Assembly: GCA_963702025.1 (NCBI GenBank)
Contig: OY969699.1
Coordinates: forward strand, 1,120,001 to 1,184,000
Origin: an uncultured bacterium
Lineage (GTDB): Bacteria; Babelota; Babeliae; Babelales; Vermiphilaceae
Length of the DNA: 64,000 bases
Direction: 5' to 3'
Below are positions 1 to 10,075 of this stretch, piece by piece. The notes beneath the pieces were generated by a model. The model did not search any database and had not been told where the DNA came from. It worked only from the letters and a program-made list of their open reading frames with translations. Made by a program: the position numbers and the translations under genes. Numbering within the stretch: the first letter of the stretch is position 1; every line of letters starts with the position of its first letter.

Positions 1-115
1 CACCAATATAGATCCAGGCCATAAGCATTGCAGCAATAGCAATCGCATTACCCGTTAAAGCAATGGTGAGAATGAGGAAAAATGTGCCTAAAAATTCTAT
101 GATTAAACGTCTCAT
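1..115 (-). CDS. MIP/aquaporin family channel, N-terminal part (runs off window start)
   Basis: Manual translation from ATG at 115 gives MRRLIIEFLGTFFLILTIALTGNAIAIAAMLMAWIYIG. EFLGTF is the typical MIP helix-1 motif. Confidence 0.75.
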   Translation of the reverse strand, partial: MRRLIIEFLGTFFLILTIALTGNAIAIAAMLMAWIYIG

Positions 116-195
116 CACGTTTTCCTTTTTAGAAAGAGTAAGAATAGATAACAACAAAATTGAATCTACTCTGGCTTATTAATAACAGTCAAGAG

Positions 196-224
196 AAGAG
201 CACCGTTTGTTAAACGGTGCTCTT
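196..224. terminator. Intrinsic terminator-like hairpin
   Basis: Perfect 13-bp stem aagagcaccgttt/aaacggtgctctt just past the esterase stop codon. Confidence 0.65.
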
Positions 225-229
225 AGATT

Positions 230-1288
230 TTATTTGGCGTACAGAGCTTTATTAAGCTTAAGTGCAGCAAATTCAATTATACTCACCGTTTCGGTCGTAT
301 CCTTAAGTGGCGCTAAAATTGCAAAATCATGAACAGTTCCTAATATTCTTATAGCTGCAACATCAACGCCGGCTTGCATAAGCTTATGCGCATATGCTTC
401 GCCTTCGTATCGCAATACATCATGCTCGTCGGTCACTATGAAGGCCGGCGGCAATCCTTGCAATTCTTCAACCGTTGCACGCAATGGTGATGCACTCGAT
501 TTTAACCTGTCTGCCGTATTAGGCGCAAAATTATCCCAGAACCATTCCATAGCTTTTCTGCTCAGCCAATACCCATCAGCAAATTCTTGGTAGGTCGGCG
601 TGTCAAATACAGCATCAGTAACCGGATACAAAAGAACTTGATAGGTAATTTTAGGTTCGCCTCTTTGTTTTGCTAACTGTGTTACTGCTGCCGTCATAAG
701 CCCTCCGACGCTATCTCCCATCAGTGCAAGGCGGGTAGTATCAATGCCCAATTCAGCGCCATGTGTTGCCGCATATTTTGCTACGGCATACGTTTGCTCT
801 ATAGCTACCGGATACTGCGCCTCTGGCGACGGTGTATAGTTAACGAATATAACTGCAACTTTTGCCCAATTTGCTATCCTACGTATCAGTAAATCATGCG
901 TTTCTTTATTGCCCAACACCCAGCCGCCACCGTGGGAATAAATAACAGCAGGCAATATGCCTTTAACATCTTTTGGACGAACGATCCTCACTGACACCTG
1001 CTCTTCAAGTCCAGCGGACAGCATTCTATCTTCTATAATGGCTGGCATTGTGTTAACCGTGGGCGCCTGTAAATCATTGAGAACTTTTCGGGCTTGCTCA
1101 GGGGTTAACGCATAAATCGGTGGGCCATCTTTTTTGGCTAAATCATCCAAAAAATGCGCTATCTGCGGATCCAGACTTTTATCGGTAGCTGCTCCGCCAC
1201 TACTTCTTTTATTCATAATCAGATATGCACCAACGGCAATGCTTGCTGCTAAAAGCGCAACCAAGACTATTGTTTTTTGTTGACTCAT
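230..1288 (-). CDS. Alpha/beta hydrolase (HSL-family esterase/lipase) with N-terminal membrane anchor
   Basis: HGGG oxyanion motif, GDSVG nucleophile, DVL and HDF triad residues. ATG 1288 (MSQQKT) is preceded by AAGGAG. Confidence 0.9.
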   Translation of the reverse strand: MSQQKTIVLVALLAASIAVGAYLIMNKRSSGGAATDKSLDPQIAHFLDDLAKKDGPPIYALTPEQARKVLNDLQAPTVNTMPAIIEDRMLSAGLEEQVSVRIVRPKDVKGILPAVIYSHGGGWVLGNKETHDLLIRRIANWAKVAVIFVNYTPSPEAQYPVAIEQTYAVAKYAATHGAELGIDTTRLALMGDSVGGLMTAAVTQLAKQRGEPKITYQVLLYPVTDAVFDTPTYQEFADGYWLSRKAMEWFWDNFAPNTADRLKSSASPLRATVEELQGLPPAFIVTDEHDVLRYEGEAYAHKLMQAGVDVAAIRILGTVHDFAILAPLKDTTETVSIIEFAALKLNKALYAK

Positions 1289-1314
1289 CGTAAACTCCTT
1301 GTTTTTTGAGTGCA

Positions 1315-2805
1315 TTATTCTTTTGTATCTGCCGGCGTCTGTCCTACAAATTGTGCCGTTACTTCTTGCAATTCTTTTTTGCCCATTGCATTGGTAAATC
1401 GCCCTTTTAAGCTGCCATCTTTGTATATGAGAACACATGGAATTTTGGTGACATAATATTTGGCAGCAATATCCGGCAACGCCGCAATGTCAACAGATAT
1501 AAATTGTGCATAATCTTTAAATTGCTGCGAGACTGCGTCAAAATGGGGCAACATGGCCATACATGAGGGACAATATTCGGCATAAAAATCAACAACCACG
1601 GGCACCTTGGAATCTTTAATTAACTCTTCGAACTCGGCAAGAGATGCTACATGTTTCACCAACGATGGCGTTATAGCAACCGGTGCTCTTTGTTTTTCTT
1701 GTAAACGGGAAGCAATTTCTGCATTAAAACCAATTTCATTCAAGAAAGTATCTGCATCCAGCGCTGCTTTAATACCGCTTCCGGCAGCAACTCCTGCTTG
1801 GCGATAGCGGTGATCTTCTGCATCGCCGGCCGCATATACACCCGGTATTGATGTTTCCTGGGTATGACTATCTATGATAATATATCCGGCATTATCAAGT
1901 TTAAGTGACTTTTTAAAGATATCAGTATTAGGTTTATGGCCAATGGCAAGAAAGATACCATCAATCGGCATGATTTTGGTTGTTTTATCTTTATTATTAT
2001 AGAGTTCGATGCCGGTCACATGAGTATCATTACCAATAACTTTTTTTGGTTCAACGTTAAACATTACTGACACATGAGGATACCCACTGAGCAATTCTTG
2101 ATTGGTCGGCGCTGCTTTCATCTTATCTTTGCGTACCAAAATCGTAACTTTTTTAGCATACGCTGCCAATTGAATTGCTTCGGCAATGGCTGAATCACCA
2201 CCACCAACTATCACTACTTCTTTGCCTTGATAAAAAGGTGCATCACACACGGCACACGTTGCAACACCCTTTGCCCAATATTCCTGCTCTCCGGGTATTT
2301 TTAAAAATAATGGTGATGCACCGGTGGCAATGATAACCGTTAAGGCATAAATAGTTTTGCCATCTTGAGTATAAATCAGATAAGGCCACTGGCTAAAATC
2401 AACCTTTTCAACAACATCATCTAAGAATTGAGCACCAAAATGAGCTGCCTGTTCTTTTAATTCTTTCATTAAATCTTTGCCTAAAATCGCCTTGAAACCG
2501 GGCCAATTTTCAACATAGGTTGTTTCAGTTAAAAGCCCTCCCGGCTTGCTTCCTTCAATAACAAGCGTCTTTTTCTTAGCACGTGCGCCATACAACCCTG
2601 CGCTTAACCCGGCCGGACCCGACCCAACAATAACAATTGGAAATACATTCTCTTTCGTTTCAAGTCCCGTAAAATCATAATGTCGCTTAAACATTCCTGA
2701 AAACCATCCCCCCAAAAGGCTATCCGTTGATATACACCCGGGAAGAACAAGGAGTACACACGTCAGAAAGGCACATCCGTTTATTCTCACTAACCGATTA
2801 TTCAT
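1315..2805 (-). CDS. trxB: Thioredoxin reductase fused to C-terminal thioredoxin, with lipoprotein-like N-terminus
   Basis: GSGPAG, CAVCD, GGGDSA and AAGD...YRQA motifs. C-terminal VVVDFYAEYCPSC Trx domain. ATG 2805 follows AGAGGAG, and the leader ends in LLVLPGC. Confidence 0.9.
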   Translation of the reverse strand: MNNRLVRINGCAFLTCVLLVLPGCISTDSLLGGWFSGMFKRHYDFTGLETKENVFPIVIVGSGPAGLSAGLYGARAKKKTLVIEGSKPGGLLTETTYVENWPGFKAILGKDLMKELKEQAAHFGAQFLDDVVEKVDFSQWPYLIYTQDGKTIYALTVIIATGASPLFLKIPGEQEYWAKGVATCAVCDAPFYQGKEVVIVGGGDSAIAEAIQLAAYAKKVTILVRKDKMKAAPTNQELLSGYPHVSVMFNVEPKKVIGNDTHVTGIELYNNKDKTTKIMPIDGIFLAIGHKPNTDIFKKSLKLDNAGYIIIDSHTQETSIPGVYAAGDAEDHRYRQAGVAAGSGIKAALDADTFLNEIGFNAEIASRLQEKQRAPVAITPSLVKHVASLAEFEELIKDSKVPVVVDFYAEYCPSCMAMLPHFDAVSQQFKDYAQFISVDIAALPDIAAKYYVTKIPCVLIYKDGSLKGRFTNAMGKKELQEVTAQFVGQTPADTKE

Positions 2806-2920
2806 TAAAGCTCCTCTGGCTACATTTTTTCTTATATTAGGAATCGACAAATAAGTTTGGCTTTATTATATTAATATATATTTTACCGATATATTTTGAT
2901 CTTACTCAAGGGACATCATC

Positions 2921-5794
2921 ATGAAATATTCATCTCTTTTTTCCAAAGTTGCTTTTTTTCTTATCATAGCCACCAGTATACCCAAGATAGTGGCAGATAC
3001 CAATGAAGTGATTAAGAATGATTCGCCCGAGCAGGTCCAATCTTTAAAAGAAGCCGACTTTTTACAGGCACTTGCCAAAGATTGCAAGGAAAAAGCAGAG
3101 CACCTCATGATAGTAATGGGTTCGATTGTTGATCTTAATGCTGCCGGTGGCGTAGGTCTTATGAATGCGCTTAATCCAGTGTTATCAATATGTACTCAGG
3201 TCGGCAATAGTCTTGAAAACCCTTCAACTCAAGAATTATATGCTACAATTACCAACCTGACATATTGCACCAATTATCTTAATCGTTTGCTCGATCTGGG
3301 AATTGATAAGGTAGGCGAATTTTTACCCGAGCCACCTTCAAAGGATATTGATAACAAAACATTACCCAAAGAATGGGATAATTTTGGCACCGCATTTGCT
3401 GCACTTGCAAAAAAAATCATAGAAGCGGAACAAGATTTATGGGGCACTGCTTTAATGCATGTAAAAACCCAGATGAATCAGCTTGATAAAATCTTAGGCG
3501 ATATAAACACCAATATAGCCAACAGTCCTATTGTTAATAAAGCCGACATCAAAAAAGAAATTATGGATTTGCGCAATATTTTACACCAATTTCAAAAAGG
3601 AATTGGTGGCGCTACTGCCAATCCTTCATTAGTAATGGATATGCATAGCATCAATAAAGCAATTATTAACTATCTACAAGACTGCCAAAAGCACAAGTTC
3701 AGAAAATGGATAAATTTTGATGTTTTTCTTGAAAAATCACAACTCAGAGAAGAGCCGGCACAAAGCTCTCAAGAGGCTCTCTTTAGAATAATGGCCACCA
3801 ATCAAGAACTTGTACAACTTGAAAAAGATTCCGAATCAATAGACTTGTCATTCGGAAATAAAGCTACTCGTTTTCTCGATGACTATATTTTAACCCCTAT
3901 TGAACGGTATGATTTAGATTTTTATGGCGCTTTCTTATTGTGTTTTGGAATCGGAGGCGCTTATTACTTCGATGACTATTTTTTTTCAGATGAAAATTGT
4001 CTATTTAGAAAATGGGTTGGCTTCCCTGATAAAAAATTATTAACCGAAGATGATCAGGGAAGAACGATAGCGGTTGATCGCAAACATAAACCGGTAAAAG
4101 CATTCGGAAAACTAGAAAAATTTCTGCGTGATCAATATTATGTAACCTATCCTATCGGGGCTTATTTGACCACCCACTTTATGAATGGCTTAAAGGAAAA
4201 ATGGGCTCGGATTAGACCTGATATTTATAGAAAAATAAAAGTATGGTTTACCAAAGCCAAAGGTGGTTCATTCATCAAATTATCTGAAAAAATAGACCGC
4301 ATCAGCTCTTCATCAGTAACCTTTGCAGACGTTATTGGCCACGAATATGAAAAAAGTCTTATTTATCCATTTATCAAGTATATTAAGGACCCAGAACGCT
4401 GGGATGCACGTGAGTTAACTCCGCCGACAGGCATTCTGTTGACCGGTCCAACTCGTAGTGGAAAAACCTTCTTTGCAAAAGCAATTTGTGGCGAATTATC
4501 AAAACAAATGGCTAGTGATTCGATACGCTTTATTTCTATTGATGCGCATGATATTAAAGCAAACGGTATTCAAACATGGATGGCCTTGGCAAAAGCAGTT
4601 GCGCCATGCGTTATCTTCATTGATGAAATCGATTTGCTTGGTTTGCAAAGAAATCAAGATAAGACAATGCTTTCCGATTTCTTACAAGCATTAAGCGGTA
4701 TTGCCGATAATGATCCAAAGAAAAAGGTTATCGTGATTGGCACCACCAATAAACCGGAAAACATCGATCACGCCTTAATACAATCAGGACGCTTGGCGCT
4801 CGAGATTCGCTTTAAATATCCAAATTTAAAAGAGCGTGTTGAATACATTAGAAAGCAGCTTGATAAATTTGCAATCAATCCGGAAGCATTTGATATCGAT
4901 GTTGATAGGTTCGCGCGTGAAATGGAGGGCCGTTCGTTTGAAGATATTAAATTGGTGATTGATAGCGCCTTTATCCATGTCGGTATCAAGGGAGACATTA
5001 TCTCTCAAGAGATACTGGAATGGTCTCTTGATACCCAGCTGCGCAAAATAATCGATATTGATACCAAAGAAATTTCAGACTCAGAAAAACGTACCTTAGC
5101 AGCCCATTTTGCAGGGCAAGTGCTCACGCAAATTCTTCTGAACATGGAAGAACAGATTGCTAAAGTAACCATACATCAAGTGGTGGTTAAAGTTAAAGAA
5201 GAAAGCGTCTATGATCAATACTATCAGCAAACTAAACAGACGGGGCTTGAGCAAGGAGCGCTCTTTACCTATTTGCCGAGTGATACTCTTGATATTAAAA
5301 ATCAGGATGAAATGTTGAAGAAAGCAAAAACACTCCTGGGTGCCCGTGTTGCTGAACGTATTGTTACCAATACATGCAGTACCGCCTATGGCTGGAAGAA
5401 AAACTCAGCATTCAATATGCTCAAAGCAATTGTTGCCGATGGTATCGATCTCAAATCACTTTCCAAAAATGGGCAAAATGCAATTAGTGATGAAACGCTG
5501 GCAAAACTCAAACGATGTGAAGCTGAAGTGGAACAATTACTTCTTGCGCATAAAGAGACGCTGATTGCCCTCACTGATGCACTGCAGCACAAGCAAATAT
5601 TAACTTTCAATCAAATAACTAAAATCATTGAACAGATTGAAGGTAAAAGACCAAAGAATATGCATGACACCACCCAATCTCTGCATACTGTTCATGACAA
5701 ACAGGAGATGCCACTCAATGCAACCGAGTACATGGCTTTTAATAATGATGATGCAGAAGAAGATGATGAAGAGGCTGAGCCTGCCCTTATTTAA
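2921..5794 (+). CDS. FtsH-like AAA+ ATPase with long N-terminal region and degenerate M41 protease domain
   Basis: VTFADVIG, Walker A GPTRSGKT, Walker B IFIDEID and SRH TTNKPENIDHALIQSGRL. HFAGQ replaces HEAGH. Signal peptide plus an internal TM segment. Confidence 0.8.
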   Translation: MKYSSLFSKVAFFLIIATSIPKIVADTNEVIKNDSPEQVQSLKEADFLQALAKDCKEKAEHLMIVMGSIVDLNAAGGVGLMNALNPVLSICTQVGNSLENPSTQELYATITNLTYCTNYLNRLLDLGIDKVGEFLPEPPSKDIDNKTLPKEWDNFGTAFAALAKKIIEAEQDLWGTALMHVKTQMNQLDKILGDINTNIANSPIVNKADIKKEIMDLRNILHQFQKGIGGATANPSLVMDMHSINKAIINYLQDCQKHKFRKWINFDVFLEKSQLREEPAQSSQEALFRIMATNQELVQLEKDSESIDLSFGNKATRFLDDYILTPIERYDLDFYGAFLLCFGIGGAYYFDDYFFSDENCLFRKWVGFPDKKLLTEDDQGRTIAVDRKHKPVKAFGKLEKFLRDQYYVTYPIGAYLTTHFMNGLKEKWARIRPDIYRKIKVWFTKAKGGSFIKLSEKIDRISSSSVTFADVIGHEYEKSLIYPFIKYIKDPERWDARELTPPTGILLTGPTRSGKTFFAKAICGELSKQMASDSIRFISIDAHDIKANGIQTWMALAKAVAPCVIFIDEIDLLGLQRNQDKTMLSDFLQALSGIADNDPKKKVIVIGTTNKPENIDHALIQSGRLALEIRFKYPNLKERVEYIRKQLDKFAINPEAFDIDVDRFAREMEGRSFEDIKLVIDSAFIHVGIKGDIISQEILEWSLDTQLRKIIDIDTKEISDSEKRTLAAHFAGQVLTQILLNMEEQIAKVTIHQVVVKVKEESVYDQYYQQTKQTGLEQGALFTYLPSDTLDIKNQDEMLKKAKTLLGARVAERIVTNTCSTAYGWKKNSAFNMLKAIVADGIDLKSLSKNGQNAISDETLAKLKRCEAEVEQLLLAHKETLIALTDALQHKQILTFNQITKIIEQIEGKRPKNMHDTTQSLHTVHDKQEMPLNATEYMAFNNDDAEEDDEEAEPALI

Positions 5795-6239
5795 TACCAC
5801 CCCATGAATCAATTATCTCAATGCGCTTTTCGTATCGATTATCGAGGAATTGCGCATTGAGCCATGCAATAACCATAAGAACTGCTTGCTCAGGCGTTAT
5901 ATAATCTGCCGCCAACACTAAGATGTTTGCATTATCTTCCTCTTTTGCGCGGTAGGCCGTTACCTCATCCCAAACAAGTGCCGCATATATTTTTTCAAAT
6001 CGATTTGCCGCTATTGCCATCCCTGCACCACTCCCACAGAGTAAAACACCGCAATCAACAGATTTTTTTTGCAATAGCCGCGCAACTTCCGCGGCAAAAG
6101 GTGGATAATCGGTACGCTCTTGGCTAAACGTTCCAACGTCGACCCATTCTATCCGTTTTTCTTCTAAGGTAGCCCCTTGCTGAATAACAGCTTTATGCAG
6201 ATATCCGCGATGATCGGCACCAATTGCAATTTTTAACAT
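5787..6239 (-). CDS. rpiB: Ribose-5-phosphate isomerase B
   Basis: GADHRG, DYP, CGSGAGMAIAANR and NANIL motifs. Confidence 0.92.
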   Translation of the reverse strand: MLKIAIGADHRGYLHKAVIQQGATLEEKRIEWVDVGTFSQERTDYPPFAAEVARLLQKKSVDCGVLLCGSGAGMAIAANRFEKIYAALVWDEVTAYRAKEEDNANILVLAADYITPEQAVLMVIAWLNAQFLDNRYEKRIEIIDSWGGIK

Positions 6240-7039
6240 GTATGTTCCTTTAAATTCTTTTTATGAGTGTGGGCAAAGTGAGGTAGCAGCATTTTTTCTT
6301 TATCCAGTTTCCATTGCAAAGATGCTTTTGTGCCATGACGATCAAAAGCGAGAATAAGCTGCGTATCCGGTTGTATCAGTTCTTGCTCTTCTCGACAAAC
6401 CCCGTCAAATATGAGCAAATAATGGTAAGGCAGCTGGCCAGATAATTCAAAGAAGTCCCGGTTAGGGGGAGAATCAATAGTCAAAAAAATGCTCGGCGAA
6501 AAGGACTTGTCTGCCAGGGAAAGAGAAATTGTATTTTTTTGCTCATCCGTTATTTTATGTCTACTCATTACATAAAAAACTAAAGCTCTCTTTGATAAGG
6601 GTTGATTATGGGCTAAAAAAGGATAGGCATGCTGGATCCAATCGGAGAGCCAAATCACATCATATTGATCGCTAACGTTCATATCTTTATAGATAGTGAC
6701 TGAACGAAGAAAATGTGTATGCCATTTGTCGGTGCTTTTTGTTTTTTCGACCGTACTCTTTCTAAGTGGTGTACTGTGGAGAGCAGTGCTCACGAGAATT
6801 ATTAGCAAAGTAGCAAGAATTGATTTAATGGAGATCCTTCGATACCCTTCGACATAGCTCAGGATAAACTGCATCTTACGATTTCTACTCAGGTCCCTCG
6901 ACAAGCTCGGGATGATCGGGGATATCCGTTCGTGCTGAGCCCGTCGAAGCATCGTATCGAACCATTTTTTAAGCAAATTTCGAAAAATTAAATGTATATT
7001 CATCACCCAACAGCATCTTTGCTGAAATTTTTTTTCCAT
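6233..7039 (-). CDS. Hypothetical protein containing in-frame palindromic-element insertions
   Basis: 268-aa ORF with SD-like AGGGGTG before ATG 7039 and a hydrophobic segment ILATLLIILVSTALHS. It overlaps the rpiB start. Confidence 0.55.
   Translation of the reverse strand: MEKKFQQRCCWVMNIHLIFRNLLKKWFDTMLRRAQHERISPIIPSLSRDLSRNRKMQFILSYVEGYRRISIKSILATLLIILVSTALHSTPLRKSTVEKTKSTDKWHTHFLRSVTIYKDMNVSDQYDVIWLSDWIQHAYPFLAHNQPLSKRALVFYVMSRHKITDEQKNTISLSLADKSFSPSIFLTIDSPPNRDFFELSGQLPYHYLLIFDGVCREEQELIQPDTQLILAFDRHGTKASLQWKLDKEKMLLPHFAHTHKKNLKEHTC
6835..6961. repeat. Nested palindromic (REP/RPE-like) element cassette
   Basis: 6845-6870 is the reverse complement of agtttatcctgagc..gtcgaaggg, seen at 24.4, 24.5 and 55.6 kb. 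Inverted pair ccctcgacaagctcgggatgatcgg / ccgttcgtgctgagcccgtcgaagc. Outer arms ttcgatac / gtatcgaa. Confidence 0.8.
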
Positions 7040-7142
7040 TATTCACCCCTTTCTATCCTTTTACTACAAAGACTAAAAAAAAAGAGTAGTAATTTACAAG
7101 GTACTTAAGGTAAAATCTTTCTATCGTAGGCAAAGGTAATTC

Positions 7143-8381
7143 ATGAATAGTCTTGTATTGCGTATCGCATATCGTTATTTACTGGGAACCCATTCTGAAA
7201 AAAACATTTCAGTCATGGTAATAATTTCTTTTATTGGTATCTTCATTGGCACATTTGCACTTGCCTTGGTCGCTAGCATAATGAACGGCTTTGAAAAAGC
7301 GACGCACGAAAAATTACAAGGTATCCATTCTCAAGTGATCATGCGCTCAGCGAGCAATGAACCACTCAACCTTGAAAAAATAGAAACTGTGTTACATGAA
7401 GAGTTTCCAGCTGTAGCCAATTTTGCTCCAACTACGTTCAAACAAGTTATCATTCAAAAAAAAGAGAGTAATGATCTAACCAATGCATTGTTACTCAAAG
7501 CAATAGACCCTTCGCTTGAAGAAAAAGTGAGTACTATAGGCAACACCGTAACCGGATTACCCGGTTTAAAAGCATCATTATCTTTCCTTTTAGATGGCAA
7601 TCAGGTTGTTATTGGAAAAAAAATGGCCGATTCATTAGGTGTAACACCAGGCCAGGAAATCCGTTTGTTATTTACCCCGGAACAAAAAGTAAGAAATAAA
7701 AAAATTACTCTTGATAGTTATGATGTTACCGTTAGCGGTACATTTTCAACCGGTATAGAAGAATTTGACTATGGGCTTATTCTCGCTTCTTTTTCGTTAG
7801 TAAAAAAAATATTTCCTGATGCAGGCGTTACACAACTCAATATCCGTTTACAACCGGGTGCCGATGAACAAGCAACAATTTCCCAACTCAAAAATAGGTT
7901 TAATATCGATGTCTATTCATGGAAAGATCTTTACCCAGCATTGGTTTCAGCATTAAAATTAGAAAAGTATGTAATGATACTTATTCTAGCGCTGATTGCT
8001 CTGGTAGCGAGCATGAACATTATTTCACTCTTATTTATGCAGATTATACAAAAACGGCCGGACATTGCCATTTACCAAGCAATGGGTATGGCCAGCACCA
8101 AGATTATGCTTATTTTTTTATTTATGGGGATCGGCATCTGTCTTTTTGCCGGGCTCTTTGGATTGGCAGCGGCATATGGTGTGGGATTACTCCTTAAAAA
8201 ATATCCGTTTATTTCGCTACCGGACACCTATTATGTTTCACACCTTCCCATTCAAATGTCATGGGAAATATTCTTGCTCGTCTTTATAATAGTTTTGCTT
8301 ATGGGAACACTGGCAAGCCTTCTGCCAGCCCGCAGTGTAAAATCTATCAAGGTCGCCAAGATCCTAAGATTTGAAGGATAA
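7143..8381 (+). CDS. LolC/E-family lipoprotein-releasing ABC transporter permease
   Basis: IGIFIGTFALALVASIMNGFEK N-terminus, a periplasmic domain, and a FtsX-type C-terminus with three TMs (QKRPDIAIYQAMG, YYVSHLP). Confidence 0.85.
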   Translation: MNSLVLRIAYRYLLGTHSEKNISVMVIISFIGIFIGTFALALVASIMNGFEKATHEKLQGIHSQVIMRSASNEPLNLEKIETVLHEEFPAVANFAPTTFKQVIIQKKESNDLTNALLLKAIDPSLEEKVSTIGNTVTGLPGLKASLSFLLDGNQVVIGKKMADSLGVTPGQEIRLLFTPEQKVRNKKITLDSYDVTVSGTFSTGIEEFDYGLILASFSLVKKIFPDAGVTQLNIRLQPGADEQATISQLKNRFNIDVYSWKDLYPALVSALKLEKYVMILILALIALVASMNIISLLFMQIIQKRPDIAIYQAMGMASTKIMLIFLFMGIGICLFAGLFGLAAAYGVGLLLKKYPFISLPDTYYVSHLPIQMSWEIFLLVFIIVLLMGTLASLLPARSVKSIKVAKILRFEG

Positions 8382-8385
8382 TTAT

Positions 8386-9561
8386 ATGGAGATCTTTGCC
8401 AGCCCACTGCCGCAAACCGATCTGTTTCAAAAACGTGTTTTTGTACAGGCGGATCTAAATGTTCCACTTGATAAAGGGCAAATAGTTTCAGACTTTAGAC
8501 TTCAAGAAATTTTGCCCACCATTGATCTTATTCTAGCAAAGCAAGGCAAAATCATTTTAGCAACGCACATTGATCGCCCACAAAAATATGATCCTACACT
8601 TTCAACAAGTAATCTCGTGCCTTGGTTTGAAAAAAAAGGCTATACCATTACCTTTGAGTCCGATCTTGCAAAAGCGCACCAAAAAAGTTTTCATGATCCT
8701 AAAAGTATCCTTCTGCTTGATAATCTTCGGTTCTATCCCGGTGAGAAGGAAAAAAGTGAATCATTTGCCCAACAACTAGCACAACTTGCTGATTTTTACG
8801 TTAATGATGCATTTGGCACACTTGCACGGACTGATTGTTCAGTATTGGCACTACCATCATTATTTTCACCGGAAAAAAGGTGCTACGGCCTATTAATTGA
8901 AAAAGAATTACGCAATGCACAAAAATTACTGCATCCGGTGCGGCCCTACACAGTGCTTATTGGCGGTAATAAATTATCGGATAAAATTCCCTTGATATAT
9001 TCTTTAATCCCAAAAATCGACACGCTTATCCTTCTACCGGCGGTTGTCTTTAGTTTTCTAAAAGCAGCCGGTAAAAATATCGGTGCTAGTCTGGTTGATC
9101 CGGTGCTTTTTGAAGAATGCAAAAAAATTTTGGCGCTGGCAGCCCATCACAAAGTGACCGTTTTTTTTCCGCTCGATTATCGAGTATGCACCAATGACAA
9201 AAAATCAGAACTTATAGTAAAAGATGAACATAACTTTGGCAAAGATGATAGCGGTATCACTATAGGCCCAAAAACAGAACAGCTACTCCAAAAAATTATT
9301 CTTGAATCAAAAACTATTTTTTATAATGGCCTAATGGGATTTTTAGATAGCCCAGAGACGCTGATCGGCATAAAAACAATTTTTACCGTGATGTCCCAAG
9401 CAAACGGATACAGCGTTATTGGCGGTGGTGATGCCACTGCCGCAGCATATGGATTAGGATTCAAAGACAAAATCGGCTATCTATCTACCGGGGGCGGTGC
9501 ATTAATCGCTTATCTTGCAGATCAAAAAATGCCAGCTCTTGAGATTCTTATCAATAAATAG
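8386..9561 (+). CDS. pgk: Phosphoglycerate kinase (divergent)
   Basis: DLNVP, NLRF, YVNDAFGT, GGNKLSDKI, GGGD and STGGGA motifs. Confidence 0.88.
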   Translation: MEIFASPLPQTDLFQKRVFVQADLNVPLDKGQIVSDFRLQEILPTIDLILAKQGKIILATHIDRPQKYDPTLSTSNLVPWFEKKGYTITFESDLAKAHQKSFHDPKSILLLDNLRFYPGEKEKSESFAQQLAQLADFYVNDAFGTLARTDCSVLALPSLFSPEKRCYGLLIEKELRNAQKLLHPVRPYTVLIGGNKLSDKIPLIYSLIPKIDTLILLPAVVFSFLKAAGKNIGASLVDPVLFEECKKILALAAHHKVTVFFPLDYRVCTNDKKSELIVKDEHNFGKDDSGITIGPKTEQLLQKIILESKTIFYNGLMGFLDSPETLIGIKTIFTVMSQANGYSVIGGGDATAAAYGLGFKDKIGYLSTGGGALIAYLADQKMPALEILINK

Positions 9562-10075
9562 GACAAAAACCGAGCAAACAGGCACCCTTACGAACAACTT
9601 CTTGGGGCACAGCGCATGACAATTGCATCTCATAAATCAATAACCCATGATTATCATGCTTCATTTCCCATGAACAATAAAGAGGCTGTCGAAGTCCCAG
9701 GAGGTTGGCGATAACGCCCGTTGTTTCATCATCAGCTTGATGTGCTTTACGCATGCTATGACGATTAATGCCGCGAACCCTTTGATTAAAAGGTGCCTTT
9801 TTCATATGTTCAGCGAAAAGCTCTGGCGTCTCCCAAATCGGTGCCTGTACAAATTTTTCGGTTGCATCAAATCCAGCAATTCCTTTGAGGCAATCAAAAT
9901 CGGGGTTATCTACAAAATAGGCGGCTCTCTTTAAGTCAAAACAATCGGCATCACACAAATCATGGAGCAAAAATTCACACACATTTTCCGTTTCATGCAA
10001 CTTAAGTAATTTTTCCGGGAGAGAACTCAATCGATTTAATATAGCATTATTTTTGAGTATTTGCGGGTTTTCCAT
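9551..10075 (-). CDS. Hypothetical protein (possibly GAF-like)
   Basis: 174-aa ORF with SD-like AAGGG upstream. No family confidently recognised. Confidence 0.65.
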   Translation of the reverse strand: MENPQILKNNAILNRLSSLPEKLLKLHETENVCEFLLHDLCDADCFDLKRAAYFVDNPDFDCLKGIAGFDATEKFVQAPIWETPELFAEHMKKAPFNQRVRGINRHSMRKAHQADDETTGVIANLLGLRQPLYCSWEMKHDNHGLLIYEMQLSCAVPQEVVRKGACLLGFCPIY

